Below, in pieces: positions 16,025-26,291 of a stretch of 41,988 nucleotides of DNA. Numbering within the stretch: position 1 is the stretch's first letter; every line of letters begins with the position of its first letter. This DNA comes from Bacteroidales bacterium. GTDB lineage: Bacteria > Bacteroidota > Bacteroidia > Bacteroidales > UBA1556. The position numbers and the translations under genes were made by a program. The notes beneath the pieces were generated by a model. The model was not told the origin of the DNA. It was given only the letters and a program-made list of their open reading frames with translations, and did no database searches. The DNA is taken from NCBI GenBank assembly GCA_029932765.1, contig JAOZPM010000004.1, positions 4,463 through 46,450 on the forward strand, given 5' to 3'.

Positions 16025-19000
16025 ATGAGCTTAGTAACTTATAAATCATCAGCGGGATCAGGTAAGACTAGTACTTTAGTAATTGAATATCTTGCAATTG
16101 CGTTGCAAAAACCTGGGCAATTTAAACAGATTGTGGCACTTACTTTTACACAAAAAGCAACTGCTGAGATGAAGGAAAGGCTTGTGGAATATCTTATTTC
16201 CATAAAGGAAATGGATGCAAAAAAGCCTGATGGGTCAATTCTGTATATTATAGAAGCTATTAGAGATAAAACGAGATATAACTTTCATGAAATTAAAAGT
16301 AGAGCTAAGGTTCTACTTACAAATATTCTTCATAATTATGGTGATTTTGGATTCTCTACAATTGATAGTTTTGTAGTGAAAATAGTGAGAAGCTTTGCTC
16401 ATGACTTAAAACTATCTGCTAATTTTGAGATAGAGTTGGATAGTAGTATAATAATAGAAGAAGCAATAGGTCAGCTTAATGAGTTAATTGGTAAGAATGA
16501 GGAAATTACCAATTTTATGATAGCTTTTACTCTCGATCAACTTGATAATGAAAAAAGCCCTGATTTGGATGAACCTTTAGCTAATTTGGGGAAACTTATT
16601 TTTGATTCCAAACATTATAATAATATTGATTTATTGAAAGATATTCCATTACAGAATTTTTTAGAAATAAGAACACTATTATTAAATAAAACTAGAGAAT
16701 ATGAAGCAAAAATAGAGAGCTTTGGTAAAAAAGGTCATGAATGCATTTCTAATAAGGGTTTAAGCAAAGGAGATTGTTCTAGTAGTTGGCTTTGGAGTTA
16801 TTTTAATAAGTTAAAAAATAGAAAAGAGACCGAAAATATAGCGAAGCTAGAAACAGCTTCTTTTCTTAAGTTTGTGGAAAATGGAAATGATTGGTACGCT
16901 AAATCAAAACCCATTAGTTTGAAAGAAAGCATTGATTCGGCAAAAGGAGAATTATTAGATATAATTTTAGAAGCAAGAAAATTCTATATGGAAGGAATTC
17001 CAATATACTTGGCAAACAAACTTATACTTCAAAGAATAACACCATTGGCATTAATTCATCAAATGAAACAAATAATAGAGATGAATTATGAAGAGAATGA
17101 TATGATTCATTTATCGGAAGCCAACCGAAAGATCTCTGAAGTTGTAAACGAACAGCACGCTCCTTATATATATGAAAGAATCGGTCAGCGATTCAATCAT
17201 TTCTTGATTGATGAATTTCAAGATACATCAGTAATACAATGGAATAATATGTTGCCACTTATTGATAATAGTTTGGCATCTAATTTCCGAAATCTATTGG
17301 TTGGAGATACTAAGCAATCAATATATCGTTGGCGAGATGGCGAGGTAGAGCAATTTGCGTCGCTTCCTAATATTATTGGCGAAAATAAATCGGTTATAAC
17401 TAAAGAAAGAGAAACGCTTTTAAAAGCAATGTATGAGGAGGTTATTCTTGATACAAACTATAGAAGTAAGGAGAATATTGTAAATTTTAATAATAAGTTA
17501 TTCTCATTTATACTTAATAATGAAGATGATTATGTAAAGTCATTTTTTCAGAATCATATTCAAAAAACTCATAAGAAGTTTAACTCTGGAGTTGTTAAAT
17601 TAACTAATGTTGCGAAAAATAAAAATGAAGAATATAAGAACGAAGACCTTATTAATAGCATTATATATAGTATAAAAGACCTTACAGTAAATCAAAACTA
17701 TGAATTTGGTGATATTTGTATTTTGGCCCGTAAGAATAAGTTTCTTTCTCAGCTTGCATACAAACTTATTGATAATAATATAAAGGTATATAGTTCTGAT
17801 GCGTTATTTCTAATATCCTCAAATACTGTTAATGTGATTATTAACTTTATGAATATTATTATTGACAATAATTTTGCTATTAATTCATATAGTGCATTAC
17901 GATATTTTTATAAACAAAATAATAAAGGAGAGCCTGGCGAAAATATAAATTCCAAAAGTGATTTTATTAATAAAATAAATAGTATTGGTTATACATTTGA
18001 TTTAGAGTTGATGGACAATATGGATGCATATGAACTATGCGAATATGTTGTGTCAAATCTAAAGTTAGAAAATTCTTCAAATCCATTCATATATAGTTTG
18101 CTTGATGTTATAATTGAATTGAGTAAAAAGAAAGGTGCGAGTATATCCCAGTTTATCGATTATTGGGAAGATAATAAAGGAAAACTAAAAATAGATTTAG
18201 CTGGTGATAAAGATTCAGTGCAATTATTAACCATACATAGAGCTAAAGGCTTGGAATTTCCTGTAGTTATTTTTCCAATAATAGAAATTGATTCAATACT
18301 AAATGGACGAGATATTTTGTGGGTAGAGCCTGATGAAGAAATTAAGGAGAAAGTTCCTAAGGTTTTAATAGGTGATTATAAATATGGCTTAAATAGTCAG
18401 TTTGCTGATATAATAAGTCAGGAAATGCATCGCAAAGAATTAGATGCTATGAATATGATATATGTGGCTTGTACACGACCGACACAAGAGTTACATCTAT
18501 TTTTTAATAAGGAAAAGGATTCTCAAAAATATTGGAATGCATGTAATTCTATTAATTGGGAAGATGAGCGAGTATTTGTTAAGGAAGATAATATGGTTCA
18601 AATAGGGGAGGATAAAGAAAACACCAAGCATATTGATAAAAATGAAAATAGTGTTTCCATAAATAGTTTTATAAGTAATTTCTGGAAAGATAAGATACAT
18701 CTGCAGCGAGATATTAGTAAAAATAAAGCACTACGTGATAAAGGTACTCAGCTACACTATTTACTTTCTATAACCGATAGTGAAACAAATATTGAAGACC
18801 TTATTAGTACAAACCTTAAGAAAGGAATGATTTATGAAGAATATGCTTTGGAGTTTGAGACAATAATAAAAGGCTTGCTCGCAAATTCCGAAACTAAATA
18901 TTTATTTTCTACAGAGAATGAATATATAAATGAAAAAGAAATTATTACTCCCGATAATAGAATAATTAAGCCAGATAGAATATTGCTAAACAAAAATGAA

Positions 19001-19177
19001 ATTATAGTAATAGATTATAAGTATGCAAGTTTTGGGACTATTAGTTCAAAAGATATGAATAAGTATAAGAAGCAGCTTGAAAACTATCAGGAGGTATTAT
19101 CTAAGATATATGGAAAACATGTACAAGCATTGATTTTATTTTTATCTCCCATTAAAATAGTTGATGTAGTTAGTTAA
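16025..19177 (+). CDS. addA: UvrD-family helicase with C-terminal PD-(D/E)XK nuclease (AddA-like)
   Basis: SAGSGKT, LTFTQKAT, IDEFQDTS, VGDTKQSIYRWR, TIHRAKGLEFP, YVACTR; C-terminal PDRI..IDYK..QLENY. Confidence 0.85.
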   Translation: MSLVTYKSSAGSGKTSTLVIEYLAIALQKPGQFKQIVALTFTQKATAEMKERLVEYLISIKEMDAKKPDGSILYIIEAIRDKTRYNFHEIKSRAKVLLTNILHNYGDFGFSTIDSFVVKIVRSFAHDLKLSANFEIELDSSIIIEEAIGQLNELIGKNEEITNFMIAFTLDQLDNEKSPDLDEPLANLGKLIFDSKHYNNIDLLKDIPLQNFLEIRTLLLNKTREYEAKIESFGKKGHECISNKGLSKGDCSSSWLWSYFNKLKNRKETENIAKLETASFLKFVENGNDWYAKSKPISLKESIDSAKGELLDIILEARKFYMEGIPIYLANKLILQRITPLALIHQMKQIIEMNYEENDMIHLSEANRKISEVVNEQHAPYIYERIGQRFNHFLIDEFQDTSVIQWNNMLPLIDNSLASNFRNLLVGDTKQSIYRWRDGEVEQFASLPNIIGENKSVITKERETLLKAMYEEVILDTNYRSKENIVNFNNKLFSFILNNEDDYVKSFFQNHIQKTHKKFNSGVVKLTNVAKNKNEEYKNEDLINSIIYSIKDLTVNQNYEFGDICILARKNKFLSQLAYKLIDNNIKVYSSDALFLISSNTVNVIINFMNIIIDNNFAINSYSALRYFYKQNNKGEPGENINSKSDFINKINSIGYTFDLELMDNMDAYELCEYVVSNLKLENSSNPFIYSLLDVIIELSKKKGASISQFIDYWEDNKGKLKIDLAGDKDSVQLLTIHRAKGLEFPVVIFPIIEIDSILNGRDILWVEPDEEIKEKVPKVLIGDYKYGLNSQFADIISQEMHRKELDAMNMIYVACTRPTQELHLFFNKEKDSQKYWNACNSINWEDERVFVKEDNMVQIGEDKENTKHIDKNENSVSINSFISNFWKDKIHLQRDISKNKALRDKGTQLHYLLSITDSETNIEDLISTNLKKGMIYEEYALEFETIIKGLLANSETKYLFSTENEYINEKEIITPDNRIIKPDRILLNKNEIIVIDYKYASFGTISSKDMNKYKKQLENYQEVLSKIYGKHVQALILFLSPIKIVDVVS

Positions 19178-19690
19178 TATTTATTATAGTTATTTAACCA
19201 CTATTAACATTTGCCACGCAATTTTTTAGAAACTAATCCGAATTTCTATATTTTTTTTGTTAAAATTTCAACAAATCATGTATTTAGCCTATTTATTTAT
19301 ATAATAATTAGGCTTATTACCTAGAGCTATTGAATAAAATAACAACTTTAATATTTTAATAGGTAACAGGTGACAGATATTTTATCGAAACCCTAATATA
19401 CAATGTTTTATGCTTTCTTTTACGGTTAGATAGGGTTATTATTAAATTAAGATTATCTATGTTTATTGTCTATAAATATAATTAATTGTTCAATTTGTTA
19501 AAATATTATCCACTTTTTTTTGCAATTATTAATAATCTATAGTATATTGCAGTCTTAAAATCTACATAAAAGTATTTTTTAATAAACTGGTTTTTATGCC
19601 AGGAACAAAGTACAGAATACAATTTATTAAATATATAGATTTTATTATAAATACAGTTTAAAATTAATTATTAACAAACATTACATTATT

Positions 19691-22600
19691 ATGCGAAAAA
19701 TTATGTTTTTACTTGCACTCTTCTTATTTACAGGAATGCAATTAGTACAAGCGCAAAAAACTGTAACCGGAAAAATTACTGATGCCAAAGATGGTAGCGG
19801 AATTCCTGGTGTGACAGTCCTTGTGAAAGGAACAACTATTGGAACTATAAGTTCAATGGATGGTACTTATGAAATCTCATTCGACGAAAAGTACAATGTA
19901 CTAGTATATTCGTTCGTAGGAATGGGAACTCAAGAAATAGAGGTTGGTTCGCAATCTACTATTGATGTTAAGATGGAATCAGGCATCACTGAAATTGAGG
20001 GAGCTGTAATTACAGCACTTGGTATTTCTAGAGAGAAGAAATCTCTAGGTTATTCTACTCAAGAAGTGAGCGGAGATGATCTTAATACTGTTAAGAACGA
20101 AAACTTTGTAAACTCTATCTCTGGTAAAGTTTCGGGTGTTCAGGTGAAAACTAATAGTAATTTTGGTGGTTCTACCAATATTATTATTCGTGGTACTACA
20201 TCTTTAACAGGAGACAACCAAGCATTATTTGTTATTGATGGTGTGCCTGTTAATAATTCAAACACAAATGCATCTTCTCAAAGACAGGGTGGAAGTGGTT
20301 ATGACTACGGTTCAGCTGTATCAGACATCAACCCTGATGATATTGAGTCAATCAATGTACTTAAAGGTGCAGCTGCAACGGCTCTTTACGGATCACGTGC
20401 TGCAAATGGTGTTATCATTATTACTACCAAAAAAGGTAATAAAGTAAGAAAAGGTGAAGACGCTATAGGTATTACTTTATCTTCTTCAGTAACTATGGGA
20501 ATTATTGACAAATCAACTTTCCCTGAGTATCAAACTGGCTATGGTGCTGGTTATGGTCCTTATTATAGTGGTGGAGATCACCCAGGTTTATTCGAGCATA
20601 TTGATTTTGATGGCGACGGAAACCCTGATTTATCAGTTCCTACAACTGAGGATGCTTCTTATGGTGAGCAGTTTGATGAGAACCTAATGGTTTATCAATG
20701 GACTTCTTCAGTACCTGAGCACGAAGATTATGGTAAAGCTACTCCATGGGTGAATGGCGCTAAAGGTCCTATTGATTTTTTCAATAATGCTTATACTTTT
20801 AGAAATAGTGTTGCTGTAGATGGTGGCTCTGAAAAAGGTTCTTACCGTGTTTCTTATACAAACACTACTCAAACAGGTATCATGCCTAACAGTAAGTTGA
20901 CTCGTAATAATCTTTCTGTTTCAGGCTCTCATGAGTTTGGTAAAGGTCTTACAGTTTCTTCAAATGTAAACTATATGAATACTTTAACCACAGGTCGTAA
21001 CTCTACAGGTTATTCTAATAATATCCTTTCTAGTTATCGTCAGTGGTGGCAAACAAATATTGATATTGCTGATATGGAGTCATTATATATGGATTTACCA
21101 GAAGGACAAAAAAGAAACGTAACTTGGAATCCTCATAGTTTAACAGACGGAACTCCTGAATATTGGGATAACTTCTATTGGTCACGTTACGAGAATTATA
21201 CAACTGATGTTCGTGACCGTATATTAGGTAATGTACAAGCTGATTGGAAAATCACTGATTACTTAAGTATTTTGGGTAGAGCTTCTGTAGATTATTATTC
21301 TAGTATTCAAGAAGAAAGATTAGCAGTAGGTAGTACTTCACGTCGTTGGGGTATTTCTAGATTAGATGCTGGTTCAGGTTATTCTCGTTATAACTATAAC
21401 TTCCGCGAAACTAATTTCGATATCATGGCTAATTTTACTAAGAACTTAACAAAAGACCTTAGTTTAAATGCTATAGTAGGTTGGAATGTAAGAAGAACAA
21501 ATATTAATACAATATATGCTTCTACAAATGGTGGACTAGTAGTTCCTCAATTATATGCAGTATCAAATTCTATTAATCCAGTAAATGCACCTGTTGAAGG
21601 ATCTCGTATTTATGGTGTTGATGGTATTTATGCTAGTGCTTCTTTAGGATATAAGAATTTCTTATATGTTGATGCAACAATTCGTAGAGATCATGCTTCA
21701 ACTTTACCAGAAGAAAGCTCTTCTTATTTTTACCCATCAGTAGCAGCTTCTTATATTTTCTCTCAACATTTAAAAGCTGATTGGTTAAGCTTTGGTAAAG
21801 TTAGAGTAAATTATGCTGAGGTTGGAAACAGTGCTCCTTTTGCGAGTATTTATGATGTGTATTCTAAACCAAGTCCATTTGGTTCTACTCCTATGTTCTC
21901 TGTACCTAGTGTTAAGAATAATATTAATCTTATGCCAGAAAGAACTAAGAGTATTGAAGCTGGTATTGAGATGATGTTCTTGCAAAAGCGTGTTGGATTC
22001 GATTTCGCTGTATATAAGACTAATACTATTGATCAAATTCTTCCAGTATCAGTTTCTACTGCTACAGGTTACAGCTATAAGTATGTTAACTCTGGAGAGA
22101 TTGAGAATAAAGGTATTGAGCTTGCTGTATTTGCTACACCAATGAGACGTGATAACTTCTCTTGGGATGTAAGATTAAACTTCTCTAAGAATACTAACGA
22201 AGTATTATCTCTTTATGATGATGTTGATAACTTAGTTCTTGGTAGTTACCAAGGTGGTATTACTATTAATGCTACAGTAGGTGAAGCTTATGGTACAATT
22301 AAAGGTACTGACTATGTTTATGTAGATCCAGAGGATAGAAATAGTGACAAAATTATTAATGGTAATAATGGTCGTTATTTAAGATCTGCTAAATCAGATG
22401 AAACTATAGGTAATATAACTCCTGACTTTAATATGGGATTAACAAACACTTTTACTTTCTTTAAGAACTTTAGATTTAGTTTCTTATTAGATTGGCAAAA
22501 AGGTGGATCAGTATTTTCACTTGACCACTGGTATGGTGATGCTACAGGACTTTATAAGTTCTCTGAAGAAAATAATGACCTTGGTAACCCTCGTCGTGAC

Positions 22601-23056
22601 CCAATCGTATTGATTGATCCTAGTACTGGTGATCATTCAGCAGCTAATATAGATCCTAGTAGTGGTGGTATTATCAATTCTGGTGTTATTCCAGTACTTG
22701 ATGCTGCAGGAAACCCAACAGGAGAGTATGAAGAAAATGCTATGAGAATAAGAGCTAACTGGTACGGTACTGATGGTTATGGTGTAAGCCCTAATGCTCG
22801 TTTCGTATATGATGCTTCTTACCTTAAATTAAGAGAAATGTCTTTAACTTATGTTCTTCCTAAAGAAATATTAGGAGAAGGTTTCTTTAAAGGTGCTTCA
22901 TTTAGCTTAGTAGGTTCTAACATATGGATTATTTTTAAGAATCTTCCAGATGCAGATCCTGAAGCAGGTTTAAGCTCAGGTAACCTTCAAGGTTTCCAAA
23001 GTGGTGTGATGCCAACTACTCGTAATTTTGGTTTTAACGTAAACTTACAATTTTAA
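19691..23056 (+). CDS. SusC/RagA family TonB-linked outer membrane transporter
   Basis: Signal peptide, CarboxypepD_reg-like N-domain, ITALGI.RE, DINPDDIES..VLKGAAATALYGSRAANGVIIITTK, L.PE.T..E.G, DASYLKLRE, terminal Phe. Confidence 0.95.
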   Translation: MRKIMFLLALFLFTGMQLVQAQKTVTGKITDAKDGSGIPGVTVLVKGTTIGTISSMDGTYEISFDEKYNVLVYSFVGMGTQEIEVGSQSTIDVKMESGITEIEGAVITALGISREKKSLGYSTQEVSGDDLNTVKNENFVNSISGKVSGVQVKTNSNFGGSTNIIIRGTTSLTGDNQALFVIDGVPVNNSNTNASSQRQGGSGYDYGSAVSDINPDDIESINVLKGAAATALYGSRAANGVIIITTKKGNKVRKGEDAIGITLSSSVTMGIIDKSTFPEYQTGYGAGYGPYYSGGDHPGLFEHIDFDGDGNPDLSVPTTEDASYGEQFDENLMVYQWTSSVPEHEDYGKATPWVNGAKGPIDFFNNAYTFRNSVAVDGGSEKGSYRVSYTNTTQTGIMPNSKLTRNNLSVSGSHEFGKGLTVSSNVNYMNTLTTGRNSTGYSNNILSSYRQWWQTNIDIADMESLYMDLPEGQKRNVTWNPHSLTDGTPEYWDNFYWSRYENYTTDVRDRILGNVQADWKITDYLSILGRASVDYYSSIQEERLAVGSTSRRWGISRLDAGSGYSRYNYNFRETNFDIMANFTKNLTKDLSLNAIVGWNVRRTNINTIYASTNGGLVVPQLYAVSNSINPVNAPVEGSRIYGVDGIYASASLGYKNFLYVDATIRRDHASTLPEESSSYFYPSVAASYIFSQHLKADWLSFGKVRVNYAEVGNSAPFASIYDVYSKPSPFGSTPMFSVPSVKNNINLMPERTKSIEAGIEMMFLQKRVGFDFAVYKTNTIDQILPVSVSTATGYSYKYVNSGEIENKGIELAVFATPMRRDNFSWDVRLNFSKNTNEVLSLYDDVDNLVLGSYQGGITINATVGEAYGTIKGTDYVYVDPEDRNSDKIINGNNGRYLRSAKSDETIGNITPDFNMGLTNTFTFFKNFRFSFLLDWQKGGSVFSLDHWYGDATGLYKFSEENNDLGNPRRDPIVLIDPSTGDHSAANIDPSSGGIINSGVIPVLDAAGNPTGEYEENAMRIRANWYGTDGYGVSPNARFVYDASYLKLREMSLTYVLPKEILGEGFFKGASFSLVGSNIWIIFKNLPDADPEAGLSSGNLQGFQSGVMPTTRNFGFNVNLQF

Positions 23057-23068
23057 TAACAATCGACT

Positions 23069-24520
23069 ATGAAGAAAATTTTATTTATATTATTAGTATT
23101 TGTTGTAGCATCTTGTTCAAAAGATTTTGAGGAGATGAATACCAATACTAAGAGTCCGGTTGCCGTTTCCGGTGAGACGTTGTTTACCAACGCACAAAAA
23201 AATCTGGCAGATCAATTAGCAAGTGTTAACGTGAACACCAATATTTGGAAATTATGGGCGCGTTATATCACTGAAACTACTTATGTGGATGAGGCTAACT
23301 ACGATATAGTTAATCGTACTCAACCAGGCAACGCTTTTCGTACATATTACCGTAACGTTTTACGCGACCTTCAAGAGTCAGCGGTTATCATGGAAGAAGC
23401 AACTTTTGCAGCTCCTGAAGATATTGCTGCTAAGGCTAATAGATTAGCAATTGTTGAAATACTTAATGTATATGCGTATCAAAGACTAGTAGATATGTTT
23501 GGAGATATTCCTTACACTGAAGCTCTTAAAGTTGATGAAACAACTACACCTAAGTATGATGATGCTGAAGGTATCTATTCTGATTTATTTAGTAGATTAA
23601 ATACAGCTATAGCAGAATTAGATGATGCTAATGGTAGCTTTGGATCTCAGGATATTTATTATGGTGGTGATGTAGCTATGTGGAAGAAGTTTGCAAACTC
23701 TCTAAAACTTAAAATGGCTATTACTGTTGCTGATGTATCTTCTTTAAATCCTAAAGCTGCGGCTGAAGCTGCTGTTACTGATGGAGTTATTACTGATGCA
23801 AGTGAAAATGGTACTTTAGTTTATTTAGGTGCTTCACCTAATACTAACCCATTATATCTTGATTTAGTTGCTAGTGGACGTCACGATTTCGTTGCTACTG
23901 CTGACATCATTGATACTATGAAGTTTTATGTTGACCCTCGTATGGATCTATATTATGATTTGGCTCCTGGTGCTACTGCGCAATTAGGTGGTGCATATGG
24001 TTATAGTAATGCTTATGACCTTTATTCTCATCTTACAGCTACAATTGAAGAACCTACTTTTGAGTCAATGCTTATAAGTGTTGAAGAAGTTGAGTTTTAC
24101 TTAGCTGAAGCTATTGAAAGAGGCTGGGCTGTTGGCGGAACTGCTGAAGACCATTATAATGCTGGTATTACTGCTTCTATTATGTACTGGGGTGGAGATG
24201 CTGCTGCTGCAACGGCTTATTTAGCTGATGCTAATGTTGCTTATACTACAGCTCCTGGTGCTAATTGGAAAGAGAAAATTGGTATTCAATCTTGGTTAGC
24301 TTCTTTTAACCGTGGTTTTATCGGTTATACAACTATGCGAAGATTAGATTTCCATACTTTCCCTCAACCTCCTCAAGCACGTACTGATGATGGTTCTACT
24401 CCTGTAAGATATACTTATCCTATTGATGAGCAAACTCTTAATGGAGCAAACCTTGATGCTGCTGCTGCTGCAATTGGTGGAGATAATATGTTAACTAAAT
24501 TATTCTGGGACGCAAACTAA
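23069..24520 (+). CDS. SusD/RagB family nutrient-binding lipoprotein
   Basis: Lipobox VASC; D.FGDIPY.EA, P.YD, WKKFANSLKL, E..F..AEA, RRLD, P.R..YP; 12 nt downstream of susC. Confidence 0.93.
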   Translation: MKKILFILLVFVVASCSKDFEEMNTNTKSPVAVSGETLFTNAQKNLADQLASVNVNTNIWKLWARYITETTYVDEANYDIVNRTQPGNAFRTYYRNVLRDLQESAVIMEEATFAAPEDIAAKANRLAIVEILNVYAYQRLVDMFGDIPYTEALKVDETTTPKYDDAEGIYSDLFSRLNTAIAELDDANGSFGSQDIYYGGDVAMWKKFANSLKLKMAITVADVSSLNPKAAAEAAVTDGVITDASENGTLVYLGASPNTNPLYLDLVASGRHDFVATADIIDTMKFYVDPRMDLYYDLAPGATAQLGGAYGYSNAYDLYSHLTATIEEPTFESMLISVEEVEFYLAEAIERGWAVGGTAEDHYNAGITASIMYWGGDAAAATAYLADANVAYTTAPGANWKEKIGIQSWLASFNRGFIGYTTMRRLDFHTFPQPPQARTDDGSTPVRYTYPIDEQTLNGANLDAAAAAIGGDNMLTKLFWDAN

Positions 24521-24544
24521 TAAGTTTATCCTAATATAATATAT

Positions 24545-24575
24545 AGAGGCTTGCCATTTGGTGAGCCTCTTTTTT
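24545..24575 (+). terminator. Intrinsic terminator after susD
   Basis: AGAGGCTTGCCA / TGGTGAGCCTCT hairpin (G-U pairs) followed by a T-run. Confidence 0.85.
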
Positions 24576-24700
24576 GTTTTTAATATTTTAAAAAGGAAGC
24601 AAATAAATACATTGGAAGCATTGAGAGTGTTGATTTTTTATTATTTTAGAATTCTATTGTTAAAAAATATGATTTAATTTAATTGATTTATGAGTGGCAA

Positions 24701-24779
24701 CTAAGTCAGGGCGTGATTTATTTCCCTATTTGAGAGGTTAGTCATAACGCGCTCAAAGTCGCACCCTGACATGCTTAGA
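24701..24779. other. GC-richer imperfect inverted-repeat element (candidate sRNA or REP/MITE-like remnant)
   Basis: GTCAGGGCGTGATTT (24705-24719) pairs with AAGTCGCACCCTGAC (24756-24770); flanking CTAA/TTAG; inner TGAG/CTCA and GTTA/TAAC stems. Confidence 0.45.
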
Positions 24780-24908
24780 GTTTGTATTAGGCCTATTATG
24801 CATTGCTGACTTGAACAAGGTGAAGCTAATAATATGCAATCTATTTTTAAGGATTTCGAAATAATTTTGAGGCAATTTAGTAGTGGAATTTTGATGGAAA
24901 ATGTAAGT

Positions 24909-24945
24909 AAAAAGCCACTAAATAAATTATTTATTTAGTGGCTTT
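24909..24945 (-). terminator. Intrinsic terminator after the acyl-CoA dehydrogenase
   Basis: Perfect 16-bp inverted repeat AAAGCCACTAAATAAA (24911-24926) / TTTATTTAGTGGCTTT (24930-24945). Confidence 0.8.
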
Positions 24946-24977
24946 GTGTTTTATAGCTATAGAGTTTTTCTATAAAC

Positions 24978-26120
24978 TTATAATTTCATAATTTGTTTAG
25001 AGATAACCAATCTTTGAACTTGATTTGTACCTTCATATATTTGGTTAAGCTTAACGTCGCGCATTATTTTTTCTACTAGGAAATCTTCTGAATAACCATC
25101 GCCTGCCATTATCTGTACAGCATCTGTGGCAATTTTCATTGCATTATCAGAAGCGTAAAGTTTAGCCATTGCTGAATACATAGAGGCTTTTCTGTCTCCA
25201 TTATCGTAAGCTACAGCAGCTTTATGTACTAACGCACGAGTTGCTTCCAAGGAAGTAGCCATATCAGCAAGAGTAAACCCAATAATTTGTTGTGCAGAAA
25301 TAGGTTTTCCAAACTGAATGCGTTGTTTAGACCAATCACGAGCAGTTTCGTATGCAGCACGAGCTGCTCCTAAAGCTAAAGCACCAACACCATTACGAGT
25401 ACGATCAAAAGTCTTCATAGCAATTAAGAACCCATGTCCTTCACCTCCTAGTAGATTCTCTACAGGAACTTCTACATCGGTAAAGATAATCTCATTCTGT
25501 ACCGAAGCCTTTTGCCCCATCTTTTGCATACGTGGCTTCATTTCAATACCTGGAGCATCAGTAGGAACTACAATTGCTGATAAACTACGGCTTCCACGAT
25601 CAGGATCAGTAAGTCCAAATACAGTTAAAAAAGTTGAAACTTCAGCGTTGGTAATAAAACGTTTATGACCATTAATTATGTATTTATCACCTTTTTTAAT
25701 AATAGTAGTCTTAATACCTTGAACATCACTACCTGCATTTGGCTCTGTTAAAGCATATGCTGCTACACCTTGCTCTTCATGAATTCTGCCAAAAAAACGT
25801 TTTTGTTGATCCTCATTAGCAGCCAAAATAAGTGGAGTAAGTGCTAATGTGTTAGCCTCTATGCCAATTCCAATTCCTATACAACCAGCTCCTAACTCCT
25901 CAGCAGCAATTGCTCCTTGTATTAGTGAGTATCCGTTGCCTCCAAATTTTGTTGGAATAGGACCATTCATTAAGCCTTCACTATAAGCAGTCTTTACTAC
26001 TTCCCAAGGGAATTCAGCAAGTTTGTCATATTTTCTTGCATTAGGGATAATTATCCTGTTTGTAAAGTCGCGATATTTTTCTTGAATCTCTTGCTCTACT
26101 TTGTTTAAATTAAAATCCAT
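24978..26120 (-). CDS. Acyl-CoA dehydrogenase (short-chain/butyryl-CoA type)
   Basis: YALTEPNAGSD, NGHKRFITN, KMGQKAS, R.QFGKPI, AVQIM.GDGY, IYEGT. Confidence 0.93.
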   Translation of the reverse strand: MDFNLNKVEQEIQEKYRDFTNRIIIPNARKYDKLAEFPWEVVKTAYSEGLMNGPIPTKFGGNGYSLIQGAIAAEELGAGCIGIGIGIEANTLALTPLILAANEDQQKRFFGRIHEEQGVAAYALTEPNAGSDVQGIKTTIIKKGDKYIINGHKRFITNAEVSTFLTVFGLTDPDRGSRSLSAIVVPTDAPGIEMKPRMQKMGQKASVQNEIIFTDVEVPVENLLGGEGHGFLIAMKTFDRTRNGVGALALGAARAAYETARDWSKQRIQFGKPISAQQIIGFTLADMATSLEATRALVHKAAVAYDNGDRKASMYSAMAKLYASDNAMKIATDAVQIMAGDGYSEDFLVEKIMRDVKLNQIYEGTNQVQRLVISKQIMKL

Positions 26121-26251
26121 ATTATTCTGTTTTATATGTTTTTATGTGGTTTATGTTCATCTCTCTAAAAGAAGCGCAATTTAGTAAAATTTTCAGCTTG
26201 TTTTATAGATATTTTATGGCTATTCGTAAATTAATTAATTAGGAAAAGAAG

Positions 26252-26259
26252 TATATTTG
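26252..26259 (+). promoter_or_regulatory. -7 element (TATATTTG) for the DUF2779 gene
   Basis: TAnnTTTG about 32 nt upstream of the ATG. Confidence 0.55.
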
Positions 26260-26291
26260 CATACTTAGTAATTTAAAATAAGGCCGCAGCA

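Noticed and set aside
19506-19514. DnaA-box-like TTATCCACT suggesting oriC
   Set aside because: It is a single imperfect box with no cluster and no origin-associated genes.
24701-24840. SAM-II-like riboswitch or SRP RNA
   Set aside because: There is only a superficial GTGATTT / TCAGG resemblance. The other conserved elements are not correctly placed, and the site is 3' of both flanking genes.
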